Source: Octopus bimaculoides (lineage: Eukaryota). Taken from it: a stretch of 64,000 nt of DNA. Both the position numbers and the translations under genes were made by a program. Positions 11,640 to 24,242 of this stretch are shown in pieces. The notes under the pieces are model-generated. The model made no database searches. It was not told the DNA's origin and saw nothing but the letters and a program-made list of their open reading frames with translations. The stretch's first letter is position 1, and each line of letters starts with the position of its first letter. The stretch is from the NCBI RefSeq assembly GCF_001194135.2, contig NC_068985.1, positions 33,545,741 to 33,609,740 of the forward strand. Direction: 5' to 3'.

Positions 11640-12345
11640 TGGCAATTTGTTACTGAAATATTAATCTCCATGTTCACCATAATAGACCCTCAATTATATA
11701 AAGGACCAATTATGAGTACTATCTTGTCATATGCTGATCATGTCTAAGGAGGGTGAGGTACAATGGTATTTTTTTGGTATGAGTTGTGCTTTATTTTTCT
11801 GTTGAGTCAATGCATTGGAGGATATTTTCAAAGTCCTTGTTCATGGAGTCAATGCAGGTTTGGTATTAGATGTTTAGCTTGCAAGTGTCTGATACTTGGG
11901 TATAAACAGTTTTGGTGGAATGAAGGGTGGTGTCATCTGCATAAAAGTGCACATTGCTGGGGGGAGGGGTGATTCCAAGTCAGTCATTGATATATATGAA
12001 GAGGAGCATGAAGGACAGAACTAAACCCTGAGGCACACCAGAGTTAACAGGGAGAACTTCATCAGTAAAGTCTGCAATACTATGAGCTGACAGGAAGATA
12101 CCAATGCAAGTGATGAGAAATGGGTAGAGCCCATAGATGGGCAGCAGATTTGTTAGGAGTTTCATGTGCCAGACATAGTCAACAGCTTTGCTGATGTTGA
12201 TGGTATCAACACTGTTTTCACCAAATTTCTCTAGGATGAGAACCCACTAATGAGTGACATGGGAGAGTAGATTTAGCTCTATCTGCTAAATAAAAGTGAG
12301 ATCTAGTTAGGGGAAATTTATTACATTAGCATAACCTTTTTATAT
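11640..12345 (-). mobile_element. CR1/L2/Jockey-group LINE reverse transcriptase remnant
   Basis: INISKAVDYVWHMKLL...NSGVPQGLVLSFMLLFIYIND matches RT motifs LDISKAFD.VWH and SGVPQGS.L.P.LF.IYIND. Confidence 0.85.
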
Positions 12346-13060
12346 TCCTGTTAATTTTGTCCCTTATATATGATAGTATTCATTTGATAACCAAGAACAT
12401 TTATATTGACCCACATTGTATTACCATTAGGAGTTGAACATTTAAAAATCACCCCCACTTCATTTTTCTGATGCTGATTTTTCTCAACTTGCACATAATG
12501 TATAAAGCTGAGAAAGCTAGAAACAATTGATTCTTTGTTTAGCTGTCATTATTGTGAGAATTAGTTTTTTGAAGAGCTTCATAACAATAGGTATCAATGG
12601 GTTAATTGATTGGGTACTCTTGTGAGTATTGACAATTTCTTGTTGTTCAAAGCTGATATTCCAGTTAGTAATATCATCTACAACTAGAGATTTTGGGTGT
12701 GACAAACCTGAAAAGGATTTTTCTTCTTTTATTTCATATATTTTTTAATTTTACTTTAATGCTTATTGATTATTTATAATGGTACAAAACTCCATATTTA
12801 TAGTGATGAGGTATATAATATAGCATGATGCTTATACTTTATGAATGACAATGAAATTGAATGACCATAATGAAGAAAACTTAAAATATGATTGCCAATA
12901 TGGCTCTCAAGGGTTTGCTTCAGCTTTTACTTTCCTTTCATTATAAATTCAGGGTAGTAGGTAATGCTCTAGAGTGCAAGCTAAATTTTGAACAAATTTA
13001 TTAAGACCTTTAAGAAAGGCATGAACATCATATCTGCTTGTCTGCTTCAAGCTTTTACAG

Positions 13061-13102
13061 AAGAGCAGACGTGTACTGCATCAATTCAGTCTACTGAAGC
13101 AG
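13061..13102 (+). CDS. Candidate exon (EQTCTASIQSTEA)
   Basis: Acceptor tgcttcaagcttttacag, donor CAG|gtaact, 42 nt, phase 1-1. Confidence 0.25.
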
Positions 13103-13840
13103 GTAACTAAGTATGAGAATTTTTATCATGCCAAATATCCATGATCCTGTTTTGATTCACGGTTGGGATTATTTCACTTCATTTTCATAGTTTGCTAATG
13201 GCAGTATATTTCCCCTTCCTTTAAACTCACAGTTTTCATTCCTTTCTATCCAAGAAACTATTATTAGTGGGGGGGGAAAAAGAATTTGAAATCACTCTAA
13301 TCTGATAAAGTTCTGGTGCAGAAGAGAAAAAAATAGAATCATGGAAATTTTGTGAGCTGAGTATTCACCTCAAACTTTTGTATATTGTGTTTGGGACAAA
13401 GGCTTGTTTAACAGAGGTTTATTGTGTTGTAGGTTCTAGTGTTTAGCACAAGTCTTATGATTTGAAATAGGTGAGAAATAAATATCCTTCTGGATAGGAT
13501 GTCAGTCTGTTCTAGGAGATCATTATTTAGTCCAAGGTCTTCCATGAATGGCCAAAGCTATAACAGAGACATTTCAGCCATCACCTTCCTGTATTTTTTA
13601 TCACTTGTTACAGTGCTTCGCAGACAAAATTATTCAATGTTTCCTTTTCTTTCAAGACATAGAGTATCATTTGAGGGACATTTTGCTGTTAATTATAGTA
13701 GGTTGATTGATCATTGCACAGAGGCTTGCATATTAGCTCATGTATAGTAGGTAACAGGGTGTTTTCTTATTTCATTTGTCTTCAAAAGTGCAGAGCAAGA
13801 GTACACACATGTGTATGTGTGTGTGTTAGTAATTGTGTAC

Positions 13841-13893
13841 CTTGTTACAAACTTCATCTACCAACTCAAGATTTAAATTCTTATTTTTGAATC
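13841..13893 (-). CDS. Candidate exon (FKNKNLNLELVDEVCNK)
   Basis: Acceptor aattctcttcag, donor AAG|gtacac, 53 nt, phase 1-0; in phase with 10363-10409. Confidence 0.2.
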
Positions 13894-14574
13894 CTGAAGA
13901 GAATTTATATCACCTATTGAGGAAGATAGGAGAAAATTCATTTTTACCACTTATTATTTCATTATATATGCAAAAACTTTTGTTTCATCATCACCTGCTA
14001 TTGTGACCATAAATTGGTTTGAATTTCTATCAAAGACAAGAACAATTCTATTCAGGAATGCTGTTTGGTTACAGCTGAATTTTCACTTTTTCAAAGTGAT
14101 AGCATCTGTTCTGTATTTGACACCGTGGTTAGACTTTGAAGAGCCTGGAAGCATTTGAGCAGAAATACTTGAATATAGCTTTAAGTGTTAGTGAAGTTAA
14201 TGAGGTCCAAATGATTGAAGCAGTTGATTTTGCATAGATTTCTCATTTGTTCCTGCTTTAATAGAGTGTCATTAGTCACTCATTGGAAAATACTTGATGT
14301 TCAGTTTTGTTATTTCATATCTCTTTGAAATAAATTTGCCTTCACAACACATTATATATCTTTATGTGAGCGTGTGTGCTATTTTTGTGTGTTTGTATGT
14401 GTGTGCTATTTTGTATGTTTGAGTGCGTGTTTGCATTTAGAAATATGACTGTTTTAAAATATTATATTTCCAATCTTTCATATTTGCTCAATTTTCATTG
14501 TTATCCATAGATTGTATGGCCTTTATTTTGTTGTTGTAATTTGGCCTGATCAGTAGCAATGGATAAGCCCTCAT

Positions 14575-15450
14575 AAGCTTGCAAAGAATGAAGCCAGTAT
14601 GCTCCGCTGGATGTGTGATGTCAGTTTGCATACACGACAGAGTGTAAGTGCCCTGAGAGAAAAGTTGGACCTAAGAAGCATCAGATGTGGTGTGCAAGAG
14701 AGACGACTGCACTGGTATGGTCATGTGTTGCGAATGAATAAGGACAGTTGTGTGAAAAAGTGTCACACCCTAGCAGTTGAGGGAACCTGTGGAAGAGGTA
14801 GACCCAGGAAGACCTGGGATAAGGTGGTGAAGCATGACCTTTGAACATTGGGCCTTACTGACTAGTGACTCAAACTTTTCAAGATATGCTATGCTTGAGA
14901 AGACCCAACAAGCCAAGTGAGACCATAACCTGTGGCCTATGCTAGCGGGTGTAACCAGCCTACTTATAAGTACCCTTCATTCATTGGACAATAAACTTTG
15001 CTTGTAAAAACCTGTTGAGACAAGTGAAATCAAAATCAAAATCACTGACGTAGCTGATGACAGTACCACCTGATTGGCACTTGTGCCAGTGGAATGTTAA
15101 AAGCACCATCCGAGTGATCGTTGCCAGGGCTACTGATTGGTTCCCATGCCGGTGGCATGTAAAAAGCACCATTCGAGTGTGATCGTTGCCAGTGTTGCCT
15201 TACTGGCACATGTGCTAGTGGCACGTGAAAAACAACATTCGAGCGTGGTCATTGCCAGTGCCGCCGGACTGGCTCCCATGCAGGTAGCATGTAAAAGCAC
15301 CCGCTACACTCTCGGAGAGGTTGGCATTAGGAAGGGCATCCAGCTGTAGAAACTTTGCCAGATCAGATGCAGTCTTCTGGCTCGCCAGTCCTCAGTGAAC
15401 CTGTCCAACTCATGCCAGTATGGAAAGTGGATATTACATCATCATCATAT
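14575..15450 (+). mobile_element. RTE LINE 3' end with repetitive 3'UTR and (CAT)n tail
   Basis: MLRWMC...REKLDLRSIRCGVQERRLHWYGHVLRM...VEGTCGRGRPRKTW (RTE signature). The 3'UTR has about 4 copies of a GGTGGCATGTAAAAAGCACC-like unit and ends in catcatcatcat. Confidence 0.92.
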
Positions 15451-15454
15451 ATAT

Positions 15455-15620
15455 AGGCGCAGGAGTGGCTGTGTGGTAAGTAGCTTGCTTACCAACCACA
15501 CGGTTCCGAGTTCAGTCCCACTGCATGGCACCTTGGGCAAGTGTCTTCTACTATAGCCTCAGGCCGACCAAAGCCTTGTGAGTGAATTTGATAGACGGAA
15601 ACTGAAAGAAACCCGTCGTA
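15455..15620 (+). mobile_element. Young tRNA-derived SINE family A
   Basis: A-box-like tggctgtgtgg, B-box-like gagttcagtcc, accttgggcaagt; CpGs retained; runs into (TA)n and the gap. Confidence 0.9.
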
Positions 15621-15637
15621 TATATATATATATATAT

Positions 15638-16053
15638 NNNNNNNNNNNNNNNNNNNNNNNNNNNNNNNNNNNNNNNNNNNNNNNNNNNNNNNNNNNNNNN
15701 NNNNNNNNNNNNNNNNNNNNNNNNNNNNNNNNNNNNNNNNNNNNNNNNNNNNNNNNNNNNNNNNNNNNNNNNNNNNNNNNNNNNNNNNNNNNNNNNNNNN
15801 NNNNNNNNNNNNNNNNNNNNNNNNNNNNNNNNNNNNNNNNNNNNNNNNNNNNNNNNNNNNNNNNNNNNNNNNNNNNNNNNNNNNNNNNNNNNNNNNNNNN
15901 NNNNNNNNNNNNNNNNNNNNNNNNNNNNNNNNNNNNNNNNNNNNNNNNNNNNNNNNNNNNNNNNNNNNNNNNNNNNNNNNNNNNNNNNNNNNNNNNNNNN
16001 NNNNNNNNNNNNNNNNNNNNNNNNNNNNNNNNNNNNNNNNNNNNNNNNNNNNN
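15638..16053. other. Assembly gap (N run)
   Basis: N characters following (TA)n. Confidence 1.
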
Positions 16054-16256
16054 CGTTTTCGTGCGGGTGACACGTAAAAGCACCCACTACACTCTCTGAG
16101 TGGTTGGCGTTAGGAAGGGCATCCAGCTGTAGAAACTCTGCCAAATCAGACTGGAGCCTGGTGTTGCCATCCGGTTTCACCAGTCCTCAGTCAAATCGTC
16201 CAACCCATGCTAGCATGGAAAGCGGACGTTAAACGATGATGATGATGATGATGATA
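16054..16256 (+). mobile_element. Young RTE LINE 3'UTR end with (GAT)n tail
   Basis: cacgtaaaagcacc...ggttggcgttaggaagggcatccagctgtagaaac...ggacgttaaacgatgatgatg. Confidence 0.85.
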
Positions 16257-17359
16257 TATATATATATATACGAGTGAGTGGGCAAACGAAAGAAGAGCAC
16301 TCAACAAATTTATTGAGAGTTACATGTACGGATCAAAACAATTTGGTTCAACTGAGTGCAATAAAAAAAAGATCTCAATGCTCTCTTTCTTGACCTCAGT
16401 AGCAACAGCTAGGTTATTTAATGATATAGGACTAATTTATTGTTGTTCCCATTGTTGAAATATTATAGATTTATATGTGATTTGTCTTGGTTATACTGAA
16501 TTTTATTATAACTATATTGTGTTTTGTTCTTGCTTAGTTATTGGAAGAGTTATGTTTTAATACAGTGAAATGATGTATGTACCATTTCAATCATATGACT
16601 TTTCCATGATATTTTTCTCTTACTTCTCTGTTAGTATTTTTTGTAAATAATCTCCAGAAAATTTGTTTTCTTTTAAGTAGATAAACGTATTTGTGTCAGT
16701 TTTTCTTCTTTGTAAGCATTCATTTCTATTCTAGATATGAATTTATTTTTTATGTAGAAATGAATTTGGTGAATGAATGAGAAATCATATTTCAGCCTCC
16801 AAGAGAAAGGTTAAAACTTAATTTTTTTAAACAGATAAAAAGAAGGTAGCTTCTTAAAAGTTAAATTCAAAGTTAAAGAACAGATATATTCAGTGATAAG
16901 TGAAGTTTTGTACAAAAAACTATTTAAGAAGAGGATAAGAAATATGGGAACAAATCAAAGTATTCAATATTTTAAGGAAACAACTAAATATATATGCACA
17001 TGCATGTACATGCATCTACACTTGTGACAGTGCAGCTCTAAAAAGAATACAAAGAATTATATATATATGTTCTTAAAGTTATATAGGATGAGTGAAGTTT
17101 AGTTCAAATAGATTTAATTCATATTCCAATTGATCAAGCTTGTACATGTCTGAAAGTATATGCAAATGCTATAGACAGAGCAATAAATACTGAAATAAAG
17201 TAAACAAATATTTTAAACCTTTTTATTCTAAATATACCTCATGAATTAATGGTGGTGAAGATTTTGAGTTTTTGCTCTGCAGTTGTATGTATACAACTTC
17301 TTTGTCCTTCAGTTTTCTTCTAAATCACTATTTTTTCCTAAATTTTCACTGCCATGTAG

Positions 17360-17436
17360 TGGATCTTGGCATGCTGTATATGAACTGTCAGACAAAGTTG
17401 TGAAAGCTGGTGGAGCATATGTTCTGCATTACTTTT
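17360..17436 (+). CDS. Candidate exon (GSWHAVYELSDKVVKAGGAYVLHYF) or old LINE remnant
   Basis: Acceptor ttttcactgccatgtag, donor TTT|gtatgt, only one frame open. KAGG..VL also resembles the LINE RT E.LKAGG..L motif. Confidence 0.25.
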
Positions 17437-18949
17437 GTATGTACCATTATAGAGTATCCTCTCTTTTGTTAATGACATTTCCCAGTAGAAGACTATAGTC
17501 AGAGAATGATTATTTTAGGAAAAAAGCATGATAGCAAAGACAGGAGATTAGTGAAGAATGATGGGCTTAATTAGACAAGCAGTTTCAACAATACTTAACT
17601 GAAGGTTATCAAGAACATAGAAATTGACTATTATAACTGAAATGGATAGTTTTATAATTGTTACATTTATTCATAAAAGCAAAGTAGACAACAGATAAAT
17701 TTTCTAGACAGAGTAGTTGTTCTGTTCTATATTGTTTTGCTAGAATAAAGGTAGATGTTATATGAAGGAGGGTGCTGTAAATTTCAATGAAATTTATTGT
17801 TAGTTAGTTGGAAACAAAGTGCTTTCAATTATAGTTACGTTCTCTGACTGTTTAAATTTCATGCAACTTTCTTCATGCATATCTTTACAACTGGTATAAA
17901 CAAGTTGTTGACATCAGTCTGTGAGTTATTGACACTTACTAAGTTCTGATATAAATAGAATTTTTAAACAGTCAAGCTTTCTCTTAACTCTCACTTAGTC
18001 TCTTAATTATGAATTAATTTGCTTTCATTAGCTACTCATTTGCTCTTTATGTACTTATGCATAAGCCCTATTTATTAAGTTTTATTTCTCATCTACTATA
18101 CAGGAATAGTGTTGTAGAGGTGATTCATTAGTATCACAAGATTTTGAGTAGCAACCACAAATGTCATAGAACTTAAATTCTTACTTAGCTTGTTTAGTAC
18201 TGCTTTTTTTTACTCTGTAGAGTATGATGTTGTTCAACTCCAAGTCACTTATGATCCAGAAGACCTATGATCAAAAAGGTGTTCTAGTCATCTTTTTTTC
18301 AAACACTGTAATCTAAAACTACATCAACCAATGTACCCTTCCTTTTCTACAACTGACAGTCATTTTAGGGAGATTTGGCATCTGTGTCTAGAAGATTGAA
18401 CAAATGCATAGACGATCACTCATTGGTTTTCCACTCTATACAATTATAGTTTTAGTAACTATCCTAATTACAGAGTGTACTGTTTATATTGCATATCATT
18501 GTCATCATCAGTGTTTTACATTCACTTTCCATGCTGGCATGGGTTGGACAGTTTTTCTAAGGTGATCTTTTACAGCCAGATGCCCTTCTTGTTGCCAATT
18601 TTTGTGTCACCTCCTACAAAACTTTAGGAATGCAGTGTATTTATTCTAAAACCAGGATACACATGGATATAGATATGTTGAAGTGAAAAAAGCTGAGTAG
18701 ACATGCATTGGGCTACCTGTTGAGAAGGTACATGCTATTAAGCATACCTATTATTTCACTGTTGATCTTAACATCTTAGCATGTGAAATTGGGTTTGCAA
18801 GATTGATATTATAGGCTGAACAGATTGTGGCTGCTGATAGAGTGTTAACCAGACGTCAGATCAAGTCTTATCAGTACCAGGGCTGACTTAACAGTATTGT
18901 AAGCTCTCAGGCCAGACAATGCATTAGAAGTTATTCTATTTATTGACAT

Positions 18950-19155
18950 CATTGTCTGCTGTGGCATGGTTTCTACAGCTGGATGTCCTTCTTAATGCCA
19001 ACCACTTAACAGTGTGTGCTGGGTGCTTTTTATGTGCTACCAGCATGGGTGCATTTATGCAGCACTGACATAGGTGCTTTTTATCTGGCATCGGCACCTA
19101 AAAGGATAAGCCTGTATGTGTGGAGGACAATGACTTTACTTAGCTTGACACGTCT
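18950..19155 (-). mobile_element. RTE LINE 3'UTR remnant
   Basis: ggcatggtttctacagctggatgtcc...gggtgctttttatgtgc, with repeated units. Confidence 0.75.
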
Positions 19156-19888
19156 TATTTCTATAGCTTTTACTTACTTCAATCATTGGACTGTGGCCTT
19201 GCTGGGGCACTTCCTTGAAGGGTTTAGTCAAATAAACTGATACCAGTACTTATTTTTAAGCCTGGTATTTATTCTATTGGTTTCTTTTGTCAAATCCCTA
19301 AGTTATGGGACTGTAAACAAATGAACACCAGTTGTCAAGTAGGAAACAAGCTTCTTACCACACAACCATGCATGTATCTACCTTTTATCTTTTACTTGTT
19401 TCAGTCATTAGACTGCAGCCATGTTGAGGTACCAGCTTGAAGAGTTTTAAAGCTTAGTACTTATTATATCATTCTCTTTTGCCAAACTGCCAAGTTACAG
19501 GAACATAAACAAACCAACACAGGTTGTCAGGTGGTGGAATGGACAAACACAAACATGAAGACACACACACACATATATGACAGGCTTCCTTCAGTTTCTG
19601 TTTACCAAATCCACTCACAAGACTTTAGTCAGCCATACAGTGGGACTGAACCCAGAACCATGTGGTTGGGAAGCAAACTTCTTATCACACCTGTGCCTAT
19701 ATTTACATCAATTATACAGAATTCTTTATTTGTTTCAGTCATTTTGACTGTGGCCATGCTGGAGCACCACCTTTAGTCGAGCAAATCGACCCCAGGACTT
19801 ATTCTATCGGTCTCTTTTGCCGAACCGCTAAGTTACGGTGACGTAAACACACCAGCATCGGTTGTCAAACCCAGACACACAAACATAT

Positions 19889-19932
<44 letters not shown>

Positions 19933-20094
19933 CGGGCTTCTTTCAGTTTCCGTCTACCAAATCCACTCACAAGGCTTTGGTTGGCCTGAGGCTATAGTAG
20001 AAGACACTTGCCTAAGGTGCCACGCAGTGGGACTGAACCCAGAACCATGTGGTTGGTAAGCAAGCTACTTACCACACAGCCACTCCTGCACCTA
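19156..20094 (-). mobile_element. Head-to-tail stack of three family A SINEs of different ages
   Basis: Copies at about 19156-19375, 19381-19702 and 19722-20094. Each has the 3' module (tttcagtcatt.gactg..gccatg) and at least a head remnant; CpG retention increases rightward. Confidence 0.85.
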
Positions 20095-21286
20095 TATATT
20101 TTTACAACAATTCTTACTTATTATCACTATTATTATTTATATAAACAACATCAAAATCATAACAATTGAACATCATAAAAACAAACAGACTAGCATAAGT
20201 CTGACAACAAACCCCTCCAACTTTCTGATTATTTACTTTGTCATTCATTTCAAAGCTATGATAAAAAATCAGTTGTCCTTTCTCTTTCTCTTACTCTTTC
20301 TCTTTCTTTAACTGTTTTTCCTTTTCTGTTGCTTTTACTGCATTTTTCTTTTCTTTCACCAGCTCTTTTGTGCTATTTCCTTGTGGGTATACAGGTACAT
20401 ACACATGTAAACATTTACACACCACAAATTTCATCATTATTTTATATTATTTTGTTTGATATATTTCTTCTTGCTTTGTGATATAAAAATATATTTAGCT
20501 GGAAAATTTTTGAAATAATTCCTGTAGACACATTGATATTTTCTGTTTTTAATTTATGAATAATGCAGCTTGGGATTTGAAACGTGCAAAATAAATTTTA
20601 TGTTTTTGTATTATTATTTCCTATTAAAGATTATTTTGACTTCAGTAGAAGATTCCAGGCTTTTAACTTGTTTTTTTTTTTTTTACATTTTCTATTATTT
20701 TTATTCTATGTTTACCATACATCATGCTGATAGAAGGTTTGACGATTCAAACTAAAAAGATCTTTAATGCATCATGTGTTTCAGAACCAAAATACACATT
20801 TTCAATACTACATGTCTCAACGTCCATTCTTCCATCCTTTCCATCAGGCAGAAGAAACTGGCACTTGTATATTTGTCAATAGAATGGGATATATTACTAT
20901 TTATACATTACAGTATTATAGATCCATTTTAGTCAATTTTACCAATCAGTTTCACACATGAATTATGGGAGTGTCTGAAACTACACTCATCAAAAGAGCT
21001 ATGGCTCTCTGCTACTGCAGGTCAGGAAATGTTATATCTAATTTGTAGGTGCTGTCAAAAAATGGAAGGAAAATACCACAGGGCGACATTCACAGTGGAA
21101 TTCACCAACAATTATGCCCCTTATTCTCCTTTGAATCCTTTTCAGCCAAAAATCAGTGATATACTTTTCATACCAGACCTTCTAAGATACACTGTTTTAC
21201 GTTCTCTCTTAACTCTTATATGAAATTGTTTGGCAGAATTGGGTGAAATACTATATTGTGTGTGTGTGTGTATATATATCCTTCAT

Positions 21287-21685
21287 CATCATTTAACATC
21301 CATTTTCCATGCTGGCATGGGTTGGATGGTTTGACAGGAGTTGGCCATATTTCAATTGTCTGTTGTAGCATGGTTTCTAGAACTGGATACCTAATGCCAA
21401 CCACTTTATAGAGTGTGCTAGTGCTTTTTATGTGCCACAGGTACAGGTGCAATTGTGCAACACCAGCACAAGTGCATTTTATGTGGCACCAGCACCTGTA
21501 AAGGACAAGCCTGTATGGATGGCAACGATTTTACTTAGCTTGATACATCTTTCCAAGTACAGCAAATCGTCTCCTGGTCCTGTGTCATTTTCTCAGTGAG
21601 GCCCAGTGTCCAAAAATCCTTTCTCATCACTTCATCCCGCGTCTTCCTGGGTCTAGCCCTTCTACAGGTTCCCTCCACAATTAGA
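21287..21685 (-). mobile_element. RTE LINE 3' end
   Basis: Minus ALIVEGTCRRARPRKTRDEVMRKDFWTLGLTEKMTQD plus the standard 3'UTR and (GAT)n tail. Confidence 0.85.
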
Positions 21686-21713
21686 GCTCGGCACTTCTCT
21701 ATTAACTTGTATG

Positions 21714-21744
<31 letters not shown>

Positions 21745-22562
21745 ACCAAGAGAGAGACAGACAGGCAAGCAGAGAACTCATTGGTTGTTTCTTTCCTTTG
21801 TAAAAAAGGAGAGAAATAGCTTGCTAGGAATCTATTTTATTTTTACTTTGTTAAGGAAATTAAATGACATAAAACATTATTTAATACTTCTATATTTAAT
21901 TTAATTTGTTTTTTCTTCTCTCATTTTAGTTACAGCATCTTTAATATTTAAAGCTGCTATTTTTATCTTGGTTGAATGTCTTCAATATGGAGTCATTAAG
22001 GTTCTGTTAATTACATTACTTATATTACAAATACATTTCTTAAATTGAGAAAGGAAAGTGATAGTTGATTGTTATCAATAAAGAATATTTGGTGGAAGTA
22101 TTTGACCGAGAGGAAGTTATTTTTATTCATACTCCATGAGTTGTGTAGAAAGTGGTAAATTTAAATTGACATACAAATGCATTGCTTCATTAAAACTCTT
22201 CCCTGCTCCTGTTAACCATAGTTATTTAGTAAGCCACCTGTCAGTTATGCTGTTCTAAGGAGTAGATATTTAAATACTAGCTATTATGTGGATGCTATTT
22301 GTTCTTCTACATGATTCTTCACTATAGAAGACTGGACACCAGATTGTCCGACATATCTGTTCACAGTCATTGCTAAACAAGTTCACAGTACTTTGGTTAG
22401 AACGTGCGTAATATTGTAACCTCATTTTTCATTAGTTCTTTCTTTTCATTGCAAGGCAAAGAAATGTTAGGAACCTATTGCATTTTTTCATAAGTGAAAT
22501 AAAATGAAGTTATATAATATTAATGAATTTATCTAATTTGACACTTAAGTCTTTAATATTCT

Positions 22563-22880
22563 GCAAAAGCATGTGGCTTAGTGGCTCAAGTATTCAGCTT
22601 TTGATTGTAAGGTCATGAGTTTGATTCCTGGTGATGCATTGTGTCCTTGACCGAGATGCTTCATTTCAGATTACTCAGCTGAAAAAAAAAATGTCATACC
22701 TGTAATTCAAAGGGCCAACCTTGTCACGTTCTGTGTCATGCTGAATCTCCTTGAGAACTACATTAAGGTTATGTGTGTCTGTAGAGTGCTCAGCCACTTG
22801 TACGTTAATTTCATAAGCAGGTTGTTCTGTTGATTGAACCATCTGGAACACTCATCGTTGTAATCAACAGAGTGCCAGAC
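22563..22880 (+). mobile_element. tRNA-derived SINE family C (possibly Ceph-SINE-like), older copy
   Basis: Head tgtggcttagtggc...gagtttgattcc; core tgtaattcaaagggccaaccttgtcac...gagaactac shared with 60856-61213. Confidence 0.85.
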
Positions 22881-23207
22881 CAGGCTTTACTATTCATAGA
22901 GAGAAGTTTGTATTTTGGCCATGATTGAATCTCTTCAGTGCAACGTAATTAAAGGACTATTAATTATACTATTTGAGGCATTAAGTAACAGACGGTTGTA
23001 AGCACCACAACTTAAAAACCGAGAAAAACAGTCAGAGTTTCACAACTTTCAGAATGCGATATCTCGGCAAGGAATGAAGTTAGGAAGCTGGTTCTGGTCT
23101 TAAAATAACTGTGAAGACCTCTTCTAATCAATCCACCTATGTAAAATTATTTATTTATGTATGCATCTGAAAGATGAAACAATGACTGCATCTTTCTCAT
23201 TTTGTAG

Positions 23208-23287
23208 AATATACCAGTACTATGAAACAGTGTAATCACATTGCATATTTTAGCCATAATACCAAGAAAAAACATACCGCCCCAAAG
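23208..23287 (+). CDS. Candidate exon (YTSTMKQCNHIAYFSHNTKKKHTAPK)
   Basis: Acceptor atctttctcattttgtag, donor AAG|gtattg, with a second donor AAG|gtaagt after 23314. Only phase 1 open. Confidence 0.25.
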
Positions 23288-23399
23288 GTATTGTTTATGT
23301 TTTAATATACCAAGGTAAGTAAAACAAAATAGTCAGATTATAGCCCATTATTTTTTTATGATGGTAACAAGGAACACTAGAAAATGAGTCATAACACCT

Positions 23400-24130
23400 C
23401 GAAAAATGATACAGGGACCATGCCAAAGTTATTGATTGAGCATAGTGAATGGGAGACAAAGTTGGGGTAAGTCATCAATGACAGATATGACAAGAATGAC
23501 AATGGTTAAGAGACAGAGTTAAAAATAATGTAGCAGCAGTCCTATGATGTATCTCAAGATAATGGGAAGCACAGAAAGGGGAGATTGGTGAAAACTAAAG
23601 TGGGAAGGGATGATATTGTGAATGAGGGATATATTTTACAAGGAAGTGGTCCTCAGGAGAGTGGGAGAGAACTGGTAGCACAAAGGGGTATGAAGTATGT
23701 GCCTATTCTGCTCTCAGATGACTATAGATGCTGAATAGTGCTGTGGTTAGAAGAATGATGGAGGGATGGATATTAAGAAGATAAGAAGTATGGCAGGTTT
23801 GGTGGGGAAAGATAGAGGGCAGGGGCCAGTGAGTATGTAGACATAAATATAATGCTTTTAGGATCTCACTTTTGTTGTGAGGAACAAGTCTTCTCAAGCA
23901 CAGTGAATCACCAATCATTTCCGTCCTTTGTCATCTCCTGTGAGTTTCATCATCTTGAGATCAGCCTACACTACTTTGTCCTATATCTTCCTGGGTCTCC
24001 CTCTTCACAAGTTGTGTCCACATTCTTGACAAGACAATAACTGCTAAACCCGAAGCTGCAAGGTATTAACTTGGCCATCTGAAAGTCTTCAGCCAAAGAT
24101 GTCTGTTTAATATATTTTCATTTAGCTCCT
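23400..24130 (-). mobile_element. Diverged RTE LINE 3' fragment with a different 3'UTR
   Basis: Minus gaagagggagacccaggaagat...gatgacaaaggac...gtgcttgagaagac is a degenerate GRPRKTW...MTKDR...VLEKT. Confidence 0.6.
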
Positions 24131-24204
24131 GGGCGATATGATGGGTTATGGCTTGCAACATATTTTTTTCAATCATATTCATTATCTGTTGGCTAAGAGA
24201 GAAG

Positions 24205-24242
<38 letters not shown>

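Noticed and set aside
12517-12708. Minus frame GLSHPKSLVVDD... as a YWTD/NHL repeat exon
   Set aside because: Only the first residues resemble the motif; there is no YWTD and no good donor.
13231-13312. Minus exon with strong acceptor and GTGAGT donor
   Set aside because: All three frames contain stops as assembled; it opens only if the C8 run length is wrong.
15050-15320. CRISPR-like repeat/spacer appearance
   Set aside because: Eukaryotic context, degenerate repeats, related spacers, and located in an RTE 3'UTR; no cas genes.
15489-16180. Long ORFs (173-209 aa) in the ORF track
   Set aside because: They are open only because they cross an N gap; the flanks are SINE and RTE sequence.
20700-21200. 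Several protein-like 25-55-codon frames on both strands
   Set aside because: Competing frames and splice sites could not be discriminated; lengths are within chance expectation.
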